A DNA stretch of 64,000 bases. Source: Acidimicrobiia bacterium. GTDB lineage: Bacteria > Actinomycetota > Acidimicrobiia > Acidimicrobiales > JANYDT01. The stretch lies in contig JANNBN010000166.1 of NCBI GenBank assembly GCA_031385545.1, positions 83,826-147,825 on the forward strand. The letters run 5' to 3'. A program made the position numbers and the translations under genes. Position 1 is the stretch's first letter. Every line of letters starts with the position of its first letter. The notes beneath the pieces are model-generated. The model was given only the letters and a program-made list of their open reading frames with translations, was not told the DNA's origin and did no database searches. Shown here in pieces: positions 18,547 through 27,835 of this stretch.

Positions 18547-19659
18547 CCACACGTCTGCGGCAGTCTCGACCACCAGGCGCAGCTTGTTGCGCTGATCTTC
18601 GACGGCGATGTTGTTGCCGTGCACAGTGCTGGAGAACCCGCATTGCGGGCTGATGCATAGTTGGTCGAGCGGGGCGTACTGGGCGGCTTCGTCAATGCGC
18701 CGCTTCAGATCGTCCTTGGACTCCATCGCCCCGAACTTTGTGGTGACAAGACCAAGCACCACGATCTTGTCCTTTGCGAGGTATCGCAGCGGGCGGAAAT
18801 CTCCGGACCGATCGTCGTCGTACTCCAGGAAGAACGCGTCAAGGTTCATCTCTGACAACAGCGCCTCGGCAACCGGTTCGTAGTTGCCTGTCGCAGCATG
18901 CGTGCTCTTGAAATTGCCCCTGCACAGGTGCATGGCAAGCGTCATGCCGGCAGGCTTGCGGGCTACCACCTTGTTGATGAACATCGCGTAGCGGTGCGGC
19001 AGCTCGTTGGGATCGTCGCCGCGTTGGCGGGCCGCCTCGCGCATCCGCTCATCGCAGAGGTAGGCCATGTTGGTGTCGTCCATCTGCACGTAGGTACAGC
19101 CAGCGTCGGCCAGTGATTGCAGCTCGGCCCCGTATGCATCGGCAACGTCGTCGTAGAAGTCTGGGTCCAGTTCGGGATATGCCTCGGCGTCTATGCCGGC
19201 GCGGCCGCCGCGGAAGTGCAGCATCGTGGGCGACGGAATCGACACCTTTGGCGTACGGCCTGGGGTGACTTGCGTTGCCAGGTACTCGAAGTCGGCGCGC
19301 TGGATATCTGAGATGTGGCGCACCGGGCCGATCACTGTCATCACCGGCGGTGACAACTCTTCGCTACCGTCGGGCCGGGTGATGGTGACCGGAACCTCGG
19401 TGTGCACCCCTCCCAACTGCTGCAAGAAGTCGATGTGGAAGTAGGTTCGCCGGAATTCGCCGTCGGTGATGGACTGCAGGCCTACGTCTTGCTGGAATGC
19501 CACGATGTCACTGATCGCTCGGTCTTCGATCTCACGAAGGCGCTCGGCGCTGATCTCGCCCCGCTCGAAGAAGGCAGCACGTGCGTCAAGCAGTGCCGCG
19601 GGACGCAGAAAGCTACCCACATGGTCAGCTCTGAACGGCGGAGCGGTCCGAGCTGACAT
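18541..19659 (-). CDS. cobalamin-independent methionine synthase II family protein (MetE C-terminal-domain-like methyltransferase)
   Basis: N-terminus PPFRADHVGSFLRP, C-terminal ISPQCGFSS zinc-ligand region. Start ATG 19659 is preceded by GGAGG (CTGGAGGTTCACACC-ATG). Confidence 0.7.
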   Translation of the reverse strand: MSARTAPPFRADHVGSFLRPAALLDARAAFFERGEISAERLREIEDRAISDIVAFQQDVGLQSITDGEFRRTYFHIDFLQQLGGVHTEVPVTITRPDGSEELSPPVMTVIGPVRHISDIQRADFEYLATQVTPGRTPKVSIPSPTMLHFRGGRAGIDAEAYPELDPDFYDDVADAYGAELQSLADAGCTYVQMDDTNMAYLCDERMREAARQRGDDPNELPHRYAMFINKVVARKPAGMTLAMHLCRGNFKSTHAATGNYEPVAEALLSEMNLDAFFLEYDDDRSGDFRPLRYLAKDKIVVLGLVTTKFGAMESKDDLKRRIDEAAQYAPLDQLCISPQCGFSSTVHGNNIAVEDQRNKLRLVVETAADVWG

Positions 19660-19790
19660 GGTGTGAACCTCCAGGAAGCCGCTGATGCGGTCAATCCGCT
19701 GAATCTTAGGGAGCAAGCTGGCGATCTGGGCGGCGAAAAACGACCACCACGACTGTGGAACGTGCAGCACGTCCGGCCAATACTGGCTCG

Positions 19791-21434
19791 ATGACCGGAT
19801 GGAACTACGCAGCAGTCTTCGAGGCTGTGGTCTCGTCGGTTCCCGACCAGCTTGCCCAGGTATGCGGCGACCGTCGGTTCACCTGGGCGCAGTTCAATAC
19901 ACGGGCGGATGCGCTTGCGGCCCATCTGTTGCAATGCGGACTGGGCGAACAGGCCAAGGTGGCTGCATATCTCACGAACTGCCCCGAGTACCTGGAGACG
20001 TACTTTGCTGCGGTCAAGGCCGGCATGGTTCCGGTCAACACCAACTTCCGATACGGACCAGACGAGATCCGGTACCTCTTCGAGAACGCCGACGCCGAGG
20101 CCGTGGTGTTCCACGCTGTCTATGCGCCGCTGATCGAAGGTCTCCGCGCTCAACTCCCTGGCGTGCGGGAGTGGATCGTTGTCGATGATCCGGGCACAAC
20201 CAACGGTGCTGCCGCAGCACCCTGGGCTTCACCGTACGACTCGATCATCCGCGCGCATAGCAATGTGGATGGCCCGGTGCGCGGACCGTGGGGCCTCAGC
20301 GGCGACCACCTGTTGTTCCTGTACACCGGCGGTACCACTGGCATGCCGAAGGGTGTGATGTGGCGCCAGGACGATTTGTTCAACGTGCTCGGCAGAGGCG
20401 GGCACGCTGCCCTCCAACTTCCCGGTGTCATGACTATCGACGAGCTGCGTACCCGCACGTTGCCGGTCTCGCCCGTGATGATGCCGGCGTGTCCGCTGAT
20501 GCACGGCACAGGGCAGTTCAGCGCGCTCATCACCATGGCGCTCGGCGGCTGCGTCGTCACCAACCCGAACCGCTCGTTCGACCCGGCTGAGCTGTGGGAC
20601 ATCGTGCAGACGAACCACGTCACCAGTCTGGTGATCGTGGGCGATGCCTTCGCCAAACCGTTGCTGGCCGCGTTGGACGCATCGCCCGGCCGGTGGGATC
20701 TGTCGTCACTGACGATGATCTCCAGCAGCGGGGTGATGTGGAGCCAAGAGACGAAGGAGGGCTTGCTCGAGCATCTCGCCCACACCGTGCTGGTCGATAG
20801 TTACGGGTCGTCGGAAGCTGTTGGCCTTGGCGCGAGTGCATCGTCGAAGGGCAACGCGGCAACCACCGCCGTGTTCCAACTCGGCCCTACCGTTCACGTG
20901 TTCAACGAGGACAACCAACGGGTTCAGGCCGGTTCGGAAGCGACCGGATTCGTGGCGATCAGCGGGTTCGTGCCGGTCGGGTACTACAAGGACCCCGAGA
21001 AGTCAGCTCGTACGTTTCGCACAATCGACGGTGTTCGCTATTCAGTGCCAGGCGACTTCGCCCGGGTCAACGCCGACGGAACCTTGCATCTCCTTGGGCG
21101 TGGGTCGGTGTGCATCAACACCGGCGGCGAGAAGGTGTTCCCCGAAGAGGTTGAAGAGGTGCTGAAGGTGCACGAACACGTAGCCGACGCGGTGTGCGTG
21201 GGTATCCCAGACGATCGGTTCGGCGAAGTCATATGCGCGGTTATCGAACAGTCTGCAGGAGCAGCGGTCGACGGGTTCGACCAGGACGCCGTGATTGCGT
21301 CGGTCGCCGCCCGCCTGGCCAAATACAAGACACCACGGCTGGTGGTGCTGGTCGACAGTATCGGACGGTCCCCAGCAGGCAAGGTCGACTACAAGACCCT
21401 CACAGCAGTGGCCCGCGAGCGCCTCGGCCGCTAG
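19791..21434 (+). CDS. AMP-dependent acyl-CoA synthetase / ligase (FadD-like)
   Basis: AMP-binding motif LLFLYTGGTTGMPKGVMW, YGSSE, C-terminal GKVDY. ATG 19791 (MTGWNY) preferred over GTG 19755. Confidence 0.85.
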   Translation: MTGWNYAAVFEAVVSSVPDQLAQVCGDRRFTWAQFNTRADALAAHLLQCGLGEQAKVAAYLTNCPEYLETYFAAVKAGMVPVNTNFRYGPDEIRYLFENADAEAVVFHAVYAPLIEGLRAQLPGVREWIVVDDPGTTNGAAAAPWASPYDSIIRAHSNVDGPVRGPWGLSGDHLLFLYTGGTTGMPKGVMWRQDDLFNVLGRGGHAALQLPGVMTIDELRTRTLPVSPVMMPACPLMHGTGQFSALITMALGGCVVTNPNRSFDPAELWDIVQTNHVTSLVIVGDAFAKPLLAALDASPGRWDLSSLTMISSSGVMWSQETKEGLLEHLAHTVLVDSYGSSEAVGLGASASSKGNAATTAVFQLGPTVHVFNEDNQRVQAGSEATGFVAISGFVPVGYYKDPEKSARTFRTIDGVRYSVPGDFARVNADGTLHLLGRGSVCINTGGEKVFPEEVEEVLKVHEHVADAVCVGIPDDRFGEVICAVIEQSAGAAVDGFDQDAVIASVAARLAKYKTPRLVVLVDSIGRSPAGKVDYKTLTAVARERLGR

Positions 21435-21435
21435 A

Positions 21436-21553
21436 CCCCCACATCCGCGCAACTCTGGCCCCACATACGCGCAACTTGGCGCTTTTGCCCTGGCAGAGTC
21501 GTTGAAAAGGGCGAGTTGCGCGTATCAGGGGGGCAAGTTGCGCGTGAGTCGGT
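21436..21553. repeat. four copies of a roughly 22-bp element (core ACGCGCAACT), two direct then two inverted, between convergent genes
   Basis: CCCCACATCCGCGCAACTCTGG (21436-21457), CCCCACATACGCGCAACTTGGC (21458-21479). Inverted copies: GGGCGAGTTGCGCGTATCAGGGG (21508-21530) and GGCAAGTTGCGCGTGAGTCGGTG (21531-21553). Confidence 0.8.
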
Positions 21554-21630
21554 GTGCGAAACACGAGATGCCACGCACGTCACCGGAGCCGTGCGCTGCA
21601 GCAACGGTCCGGGGATTGCGGAACCGCGAA

Positions 21631-23040
21631 CTACTTCGTGCGCTTACTGATGGGAACGTGGGCGTTGAGCGACGCGTTGTCAGCGGCGGCTCGGCCGGCG
21701 TGCCAGCCTGCCGCGTTGGAGATAGAGGAACGCGATGTCTTCACGTTGGGAAACACTTCGACCTGATGCGCCAGCACCTGCTCGTTGCGGCTGGCGAGCA
21801 CCGGTAGCAGCGACCCGCCAAAGGTGGTTCGTGCGTCATCAGCAGCGACTTCGGCGGCTTCTCGCAGCCGCTCGCCGATGCGGAGGGCAAACGCGATGAT
21901 GAACGTTCGTCGGAAGGACTTGGTGCGCGAGGTTCCTGTGCGGTCGACCGAGCGGCCCGCGGCAACCATCGACGAGGTGGCTTGGGTCAAGAGCGAGGTG
22001 AACAACAGCTCGGTGATGTCGAGGTCGGCTGGGAAGCCGAACACGGTGACCATACCCAGGTGCGCCGCCATCACTGCTGAACACCGATTGGCCTCGGCAA
22101 CAACGGTGAGAAGAACCGCCTTTGCTTCGAAATATGGGTCTTCAACGTGCACCCGACGGGCTACGACTCCGGACACCGATGGTGCGCCTGCATCGATCAT
22201 GGCCAGGTCGATGGCGTGGCGCGCCATGAGCTGCTGTGCTTTCGCGGTGAGCGCGTCGGCTTCTTGGTCGAACGTTGTGGACTCTGCCTTGGCCAGCAGC
22301 CCGCGAACGGTGGCCAGCACCTTTTCGTCCAGCGTCTCCGACGCGGACCTGGTTGGTGCGGGGGCGATGGGATGGCTGCTGGGAGGTGGGATGAGGACCG
22401 CCATCTTGGGCAGCCGCCGCAGGCTGACCAGCAACTCAATACCCACCCGAACGTCGGTGATGAGCCGCATTTCGGCGACCAACGAATGTGCGGTGGGCTC
22501 GACGAAAGTTGGCCGTACGTCGGCGCGTTCCGCCGCGGGATTGACATCGAGGGAGCCCAGCTGCCGCTCCCACCGGTCATCGAGGAACCGGCAGTGGCTG
22601 GCAGCTCGCTCCAGCCCGAGCGTGGCCACCAGCAAGGCGCGGTGCTCGGCGGAGTGGTATTTGGAGACGACGTGAACCAGATCGAGTGGTTGCCAGCCGT
22701 CAGCGAATGTGGTGCGAACCGTCTGGACCAGCACCTCCTCGAGCACCATGACCCCGGCCCGGCGACCGCTGGAAAGCGTTGGGGAAGTCAGCACTTCGAT
22801 GCTGAGGAGCAACTCGTGCTCGATACCTCGAACGAACAGCGAAATGGCTGCGTCGAGATGCGGCTGAGCGTGCTCAAGCAACTCCGTATCCGAGCCGACC
22901 TGGCGCAACCGGATCGGCCCCGGTTGTGCAGACGGGTCTTGCCAACGCGCCCACGCCCGCCCTTCGGCGGTCGCCCTGCTGCTATTCAAGAGATCACGCT
23001 GACGATTGCCGGCGCGCCGTTTGGAGCTGTTGGAACCCAT
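21631..23040 (-). CDS. DUF2786 domain-containing protein (conserved actinobacterial hypothetical)
   Basis: Central segment VRGLLAKAESTTFDQEADALTAKAQQLMARHAID is the characteristic DUF2786 helix pair. No enzymatic motif seen. Confidence 0.65.
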   Translation of the reverse strand: MGSNSSKRRAGNRQRDLLNSSRATAEGRAWARWQDPSAQPGPIRLRQVGSDTELLEHAQPHLDAAISLFVRGIEHELLLSIEVLTSPTLSSGRRAGVMVLEEVLVQTVRTTFADGWQPLDLVHVVSKYHSAEHRALLVATLGLERAASHCRFLDDRWERQLGSLDVNPAAERADVRPTFVEPTAHSLVAEMRLITDVRVGIELLVSLRRLPKMAVLIPPPSSHPIAPAPTRSASETLDEKVLATVRGLLAKAESTTFDQEADALTAKAQQLMARHAIDLAMIDAGAPSVSGVVARRVHVEDPYFEAKAVLLTVVAEANRCSAVMAAHLGMVTVFGFPADLDITELLFTSLLTQATSSMVAAGRSVDRTGTSRTKSFRRTFIIAFALRIGERLREAAEVAADDARTTFGGSLLPVLASRNEQVLAHQVEVFPNVKTSRSSISNAAGWHAGRAAADNASLNAHVPISKRTK

Positions 23041-23130
23041 GGGGTCAGATCCTGACAGCGGGGTACGACATTATTGCCCGACCCGTTAGATCTCGACGGG
23101 TACGTCGTTGTGAGACCACCCGGGGGTCAC

Positions 23131-23535
23131 TCAGACGCGCTCGCGGTCGCGGCTGCCGATGACGGCATCGATCTCGACCTCGACCTTCCACTGCGGGTTC
23201 ATCAGACCACTGACTACCAGCATCGTGTTTGCCGGGCGGATTTCAGAAAACAGCTCACCGTGCAAGCGTTCAACGGCATGTGCGTCTGAGCGGTCGGTGA
23301 GATAGACACGAGTCCGCACCACGTCTGCCAAACTGCCACCGGCTTCCATCAGCGCCTTTTCGATGATCTCGAAACAACGCCGCAGCTGCGAGGTCACGTC
23401 GGGTGCGCAGGTTCCGTCCGCGTTGACCGGTGCCGTTCCGCTGACGAACACCAGATTGTCGACGCGGACTGCGCGGCTGTACCCGACGATGAGTTCGTAA
23501 GGCAGACCGGACGAGATGCGCTGGCGCTCCATCAC
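23131..23535 (-). CDS. RidA/YjgF family (reactive intermediate deaminase-like) protein
   Basis: [16 protein letters not shown]...RTRVYLTD...[24 protein letters not shown] matches the YjgF/RidA fold signature order. Confidence 0.75.
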   Translation of the reverse strand: MMERQRISSGLPYELIVGYSRAVRVDNLVFVSGTAPVNADGTCAPDVTSQLRRCFEIIEKALMEAGGSLADVVRTRVYLTDRSDAHAVERLHGELFSEIRPANTMLVVSGLMNPQWKVEVEIDAVIGSRDRERV

Positions 23536-23555
23536 GCAACCTTACGCAGGCAGCC

Positions 23556-24746
23556 GTGCAACACTTGGTCATGTCAGCCACGATTTCCGCTGCAAACCAG
23601 TCCACACACAGCACACAAGACACGCAGGGCACCTCCGGTCAGTCAACCAGTCTTCGCTCAGACATCGTGAACCGCGCACCCAAGGTCTTGTTGCACGATC
23701 ACCTTGATGGCGGACTGCGGCCCAGAACCATCATCGAGCTCGCTGGCGAGTGCGGTTACCGCGGCCTGCCATCGTCGGACCCGCACGAATTGGCTTTGCT
23801 CATCCGCCGTGGTGCTGACCGCAAGGACCTCACCCTGTACCTCGAAGGCTTCGCCCACACCTGCGGAGTGCTGCAGCACAAAGACGCCCTCACCCGCGCC
23901 GCGCACGAATGCGCACTCGACCTCGCAGCCGACGGCGTCGTCTACGCCGAGGTGCGCTTCGCCCCCGAGCTGCACATGGAGGCCGGCCTGACGCTCGACG
24001 AAGTTGTCGAGGCAGCGCAGGAAGGTTTCCGGTCGGGCCAGGCCGCCGCAGCAGCAGCTGGGGCACCCATCGTCATCGGCACGCTGTGTTCAGCCATGCG
24101 ACAGGCAGCCCAGTCCAACGAAATTGCCGCGCTCGCCATTCGCCATCGGGACTCCGGGGTGGTCGGCTTCGACATCGCAGGCCCAGAGAAGGGCTTCCCG
24201 CCCAGCCGTCACCTTGACGCGTTCAACCTGGTGCACGAGGCCAACTTCCACACCACCATCCACGCCGGCGAAGCATTCGGCCTCCCGTCCATCCACGAAG
24301 CGCTGCAGTACTGCGGCGCCGAACGCTTGGGCCACGGGGTGCGCATTGTCGATGACATTACGGTCAACCCCGACGGTAGCTACGAGCTTGGCCGACTGGC
24401 GGCGTTCGTGCGAGACCGGCGGGTCCCGTTGGAGATGTGCCCGTCGTCCAACGTGCACACGGGTGCCGCCTCCTCGATTGCACAACACCCGATTGCATTG
24501 CTGAAACGACTCCGGTTCCGGGTGACCGTCAACACCGACAACCGCTTGATGTCAGGCGTCTCGATGAGCTCGGAAATGCAGGAGTTGGTCAACACGTTCG
24601 GGTACGGGCTTGATGACCTGCAGTGGTTCACGGTCAACGCGATGAAAAGCGCATTCTGGCCGTTCGCAGACCGGCTGCGTCTCATCGATCAGGTCATCAA
24701 ACCTTCCTACGCGCGCTTACGGACAGAACTGCTCACCGGGAGCTGA
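23556..24746 (+). CDS. add: adenosine deaminase (start uncertain; in-frame GTG at 23667 is an alternative)
   Basis: [45 protein letters not shown] are the canonical adenosine deaminase metal and catalytic motifs. Confidence 0.9.
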   Translation: MQHLVMSATISAANQSTHSTQDTQGTSGQSTSLRSDIVNRAPKVLLHDHLDGGLRPRTIIELAGECGYRGLPSSDPHELALLIRRGADRKDLTLYLEGFAHTCGVLQHKDALTRAAHECALDLAADGVVYAEVRFAPELHMEAGLTLDEVVEAAQEGFRSGQAAAAAAGAPIVIGTLCSAMRQAAQSNEIAALAIRHRDSGVVGFDIAGPEKGFPPSRHLDAFNLVHEANFHTTIHAGEAFGLPSIHEALQYCGAERLGHGVRIVDDITVNPDGSYELGRLAAFVRDRRVPLEMCPSSNVHTGAASSIAQHPIALLKRLRFRVTVNTDNRLMSGVSMSSEMQELVNTFGYGLDDLQWFTVNAMKSAFWPFADRLRLIDQVIKPSYARLRTELLTGS

Positions 24747-24752
24747 TTCGCG

Positions 24753-25379
24753 TCAGCGAGTCCGGCTGGCCGCAAGCCGAGCGGCGAGCGGTTCAAACCC
24801 AGGGCCACCCAATTCGGTCAGCACCGACCCGCGTCCCGACACAGTCATAATCAGTGCCTCGGCAAGCCCCTCCACCACCGGCCCCGAGCCCTGTTCAAAC
24901 TCCATGTCTGTTGCACGCAGGGTCAACCCGCGACAACGCGTCGACTCTTCCCAAATGGTGCGGTCAAGCACCACCTGCAACCGTTCCTCGTCGACGTGGC
25001 GCGGCTTGCCCAATGGGCGGCGAATGTCTTGATGGTGGATGAACAGGTCCGCAAGGACCGACGCCGTTGTTGAGCGCGGCGGAACACGGCGATTGCCGAT
25101 GGTGGCTGCGATACTTCCCAACAGCTCGGTGGTGGGCCGAGCCCCCTGCGCCCGAGCTACCCGGTCCGAGAGCTTCGGCACACTCCACCCCGCCTTCAGC
25201 AGCGGCATGAACACCGAACCGCGCGTAACAGTAGGTACCCATATCAGATGCGCAACCACCTCGCGCACACGCCAGCCGATACACAACGACTGCGTATCCC
25301 AGTCAGTTTCCGACAGTCCCGCAAGAAACTGGGCAAGGTCTCGACGCTCGTCATCGACGAGGTCCCACAGTTCACTCAT
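24753..25379 (-). CDS. maleylpyruvate isomerase N-terminal domain / mycothiol-dependent (DinB-like) family protein
   Basis: N-terminus MSELWDLVDDERRDLAQFLAGLSETDWDTQSLCIGWRVREVVAHL is typical of the TIGR03083-type actinobacterial family. Confidence 0.6.
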   Translation of the reverse strand: MSELWDLVDDERRDLAQFLAGLSETDWDTQSLCIGWRVREVVAHLIWVPTVTRGSVFMPLLKAGWSVPKLSDRVARAQGARPTTELLGSIAATIGNRRVPPRSTTASVLADLFIHHQDIRRPLGKPRHVDEERLQVVLDRTIWEESTRCRGLTLRATDMEFEQGSGPVVEGLAEALIMTVSGRGSVLTELGGPGFEPLAARLAASRTR

Positions 25380-25389
25380 GCAACGACTC

Positions 25390-27081
25390 TCACGTGTTCA
25401 GCACCTGTTCCATTGAAGCACGCAGCCCGCTGATCGACGGCTGCGAGTCCTTGCCGAGCACTTCGAAGTACACCTTGCACTTCGGCTCGGTTCCGCTGGG
25501 GCGAACCACCACTCGGCCGCTGTCTCCGATCTTGATGACCACCACATCGGCCGGCGGGTTGCCCAGCGCAAGGTCACGCCACCCGCTGACAGCGACACCA
25601 TCCAAGTGAGCCGGGGGGTTGGCCCGCAGTCGCGCCATGAGATCGACCATCCTTCCCTGCGCGTCGGATCCGTCGAACCGGATGGACCACTGCGCGGTGC
25701 GAGATGCCCCATACCGGGCGGCAATCTGGTCAAGCCGAGCCACCACGGTGGAGCCATCGCCAAGCACACGGGCGGCCAGGTCGGCCATGACCACTGCAGC
25801 GCTGATGCCGTCCTTGTCGTGGACCAGTTGGCCGACACTGAAGCCGATTGCTTCCTCGTACATCAGCACAGTTGCCAAGTCGGGGGCCGCCATCGATGCC
25901 CGGGCCAGGTACTTGAACCCCGTGAGCGTTTCGGCGTACTGCACACCATGCTTCGCAGCGATGACCGACAGCAGGGAAGACGAAACCACGGTGGTTGCAA
26001 CAAGCCGCGCAGCACCCATCGATGAGGTCGCGTCGAGCAGATGATCGGCCAGCAGCCAGCCGATTTCGTCGCCGCTGAGCTGGCGCCATCCGCCTGGCGC
26101 TGCCGGGTCCGGAATGGCGGCGGTCATCCGATCCGCATCGGGATCATTGGCGATGACGATGTGCGCGTCGAGCTGCCTGGCGAGCTGCAACGACAGGTCA
26201 AGCGCGCCGGGCTCTTCAGGGTTGGGGAAGGCCACGGTGGGGAAATCGGGGTTTGGATCTCGCTGTTCGGGCACATCGTGCACGCCGGCAAACCCGCACT
26301 GCGCCATTGCGGCATGCAGTGTGGCGGCACCGACACCGTGCATGGCTGTGTAAACGATGCAAAGCGCCGAGCGATCGGTCAGTGTGGATGTCGCCGGGTC
26401 CAGCGCACTGATCCCACGAAGATAAGCGTGCATCACGTCGTCCGGCCACGTGGTGATGTTGTCGTTCGGATATGACGAGACCAGGACCGGTGACGCTGCC
26501 ACTGATCGTATGTGTGCTTCTATTTCCCGATCGGCCGGCGACACGATCTGCGCACCATCACCCAGGTATACCTTGTAGCCATTGTCAGCGGCCGGGTTGT
26601 GGCTCGCCGTGACCTGAACGCCGCCAACCGAACCGAGATGCGTCGTTGCGAACGCAAGTAGCGGGGTTGGCACGTGTGATGCGGACAGCGCCACCGTGAA
26701 CCCAGCAGCGACCAGGACCGTTGCCGCGTCTTCAGCAAAGGTTCTGCTGCCATGCCGCGCATCGTGACCCACGACGACCAAACCACCACTGTGACCCTGT
26801 TCAACCAGCCAGGCGGCAAACCCGGCCGTTGCGTGGCGCACGACAAGACGGTTCATCCGTGCCGGACCTGCGCCGATAGGTGCCCGCAGCCCAGCGGTGC
26901 CAAAGGCCAGCGGCGCTGCGAACAGCTCGGTCAACTGGTCGAAGTCGCCGTCGTCGACCAGTTCCTGCAGACACGTACGCGTTTCTTCGTCGGGGTCCTG
27001 CGAGATCCACGAATGCACTGCGGCCAGCAGGTCTGCGTCTGACCCCTCGGTGGGGTCGGCTGACAGGGGAGCTTCAGTCAC
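25390..27081 (-). CDS. phospho-sugar mutase (phosphoglucomutase / phosphomannomutase / phosphopentomutase-type alpha-D-phosphohexomutase)
   Basis: Active-site loop VTASHNPAADNGYKVY, metal loop ANDPDADR, sugar-binding and phosphate-binding segments in the expected order. GTG start at 27081. Confidence 0.85.
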   Translation of the reverse strand: MTEAPLSADPTEGSDADLLAAVHSWISQDPDEETRTCLQELVDDGDFDQLTELFAAPLAFGTAGLRAPIGAGPARMNRLVVRHATAGFAAWLVEQGHSGGLVVVGHDARHGSRTFAEDAATVLVAAGFTVALSASHVPTPLLAFATTHLGSVGGVQVTASHNPAADNGYKVYLGDGAQIVSPADREIEAHIRSVAASPVLVSSYPNDNITTWPDDVMHAYLRGISALDPATSTLTDRSALCIVYTAMHGVGAATLHAAMAQCGFAGVHDVPEQRDPNPDFPTVAFPNPEEPGALDLSLQLARQLDAHIVIANDPDADRMTAAIPDPAAPGGWRQLSGDEIGWLLADHLLDATSSMGAARLVATTVVSSSLLSVIAAKHGVQYAETLTGFKYLARASMAAPDLATVLMYEEAIGFSVGQLVHDKDGISAAVVMADLAARVLGDGSTVVARLDQIAARYGASRTAQWSIRFDGSDAQGRMVDLMARLRANPPAHLDGVAVSGWRDLALGNPPADVVVIKIGDSGRVVVRPSGTEPKCKVYFEVLGKDSQPSISGLRASMEQVLNT

Positions 27082-27116
27082 GCGGTCAGTCTGTCACCGG
27101 GCAGCGCGCCGGGTAC

Positions 27117-27773
27117 TCAGCCAAGCGCTTCGAGGATGGACACCGTGGCAGATGTGCCGATGCGCGTTGCGCCGGCGTCGATCATGGCCAATGCCGCTGA
27201 CAGATCCCGGACACCGCCGCTCGCCTTCACACCCAGGCGCCCTCCGACGCATGCGGCCATGCGTCGGACTGCTTCGACCGACGCGCCGCCCGCTGCGTGA
27301 AACCCCGTTGAGGTCTTGACGTAGTCAGCCCCGGCCATTTCGGCAGCCTCGCAACTCGCGTCGATCTCGTCGCCTGTGAGCACCGCAGATTCGAGGATCA
27401 CCTTCAACGTGGCGCGTGGAACCGCCAGGCGAACCTGCGCGATGTCGTCTTCGACCAACTCCCACTCCCCCGCTTTGACCATGCCGAGGTTGATCACCAT
27501 GTCGATCTCGGTTGCGCCGGCAGCGTAGGCAAGCGCGGCCTCGAACGCTTTCACTTGCGTGGACACTGCGCCGCTTGGAAAGCCGATCGTTGTGCAGATC
27601 GCAATCGAGTCCGACAGCAGATCATCGGGCAACGGCAACTGCCACGGCATCACACATACTGCGGCAACGCCGTACAGGTTTGCTTCTCGGCAGAGATGCT
27701 CGACCTGTTCGGGCGTTGCCTCGGGCTTCAGCAATGTGTGGTCGATGTAGCGGGCGAGTTCGTCGCGATTCAC
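27117..27773 (-). CDS. deoC: deoxyribose-phosphate aldolase
   Basis: [12 protein letters not shown], Schiff-base lysine context [18 protein letters not shown] start. Confidence 0.9.
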   Translation of the reverse strand: MNRDELARYIDHTLLKPEATPEQVEHLCREANLYGVAAVCVMPWQLPLPDDLLSDSIAICTTIGFPSGAVSTQVKAFEAALAYAAGATEIDMVINLGMVKAGEWELVEDDIAQVRLAVPRATLKVILESAVLTGDEIDASCEAAEMAGADYVKTSTGFHAAGGASVEAVRRMAACVGGRLGVKASGGVRDLSAALAMIDAGATRIGTSATVSILEALG

Positions 27774-27835
27774 GACATCATCGTCTCACGCGTTCCCCGA
27801 CAGCGGAACGTTCCGACCATCCGAGATCGGTGTGC

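Noticed and set aside
19660-19790. Possible SAM or cobalamin riboswitch upstream of the MetE-like gene
   Set aside because: The divergent spacer is only about 130 bp, and the gene has an SD immediately upstream. There is no room or conserved core for those riboswitch classes.
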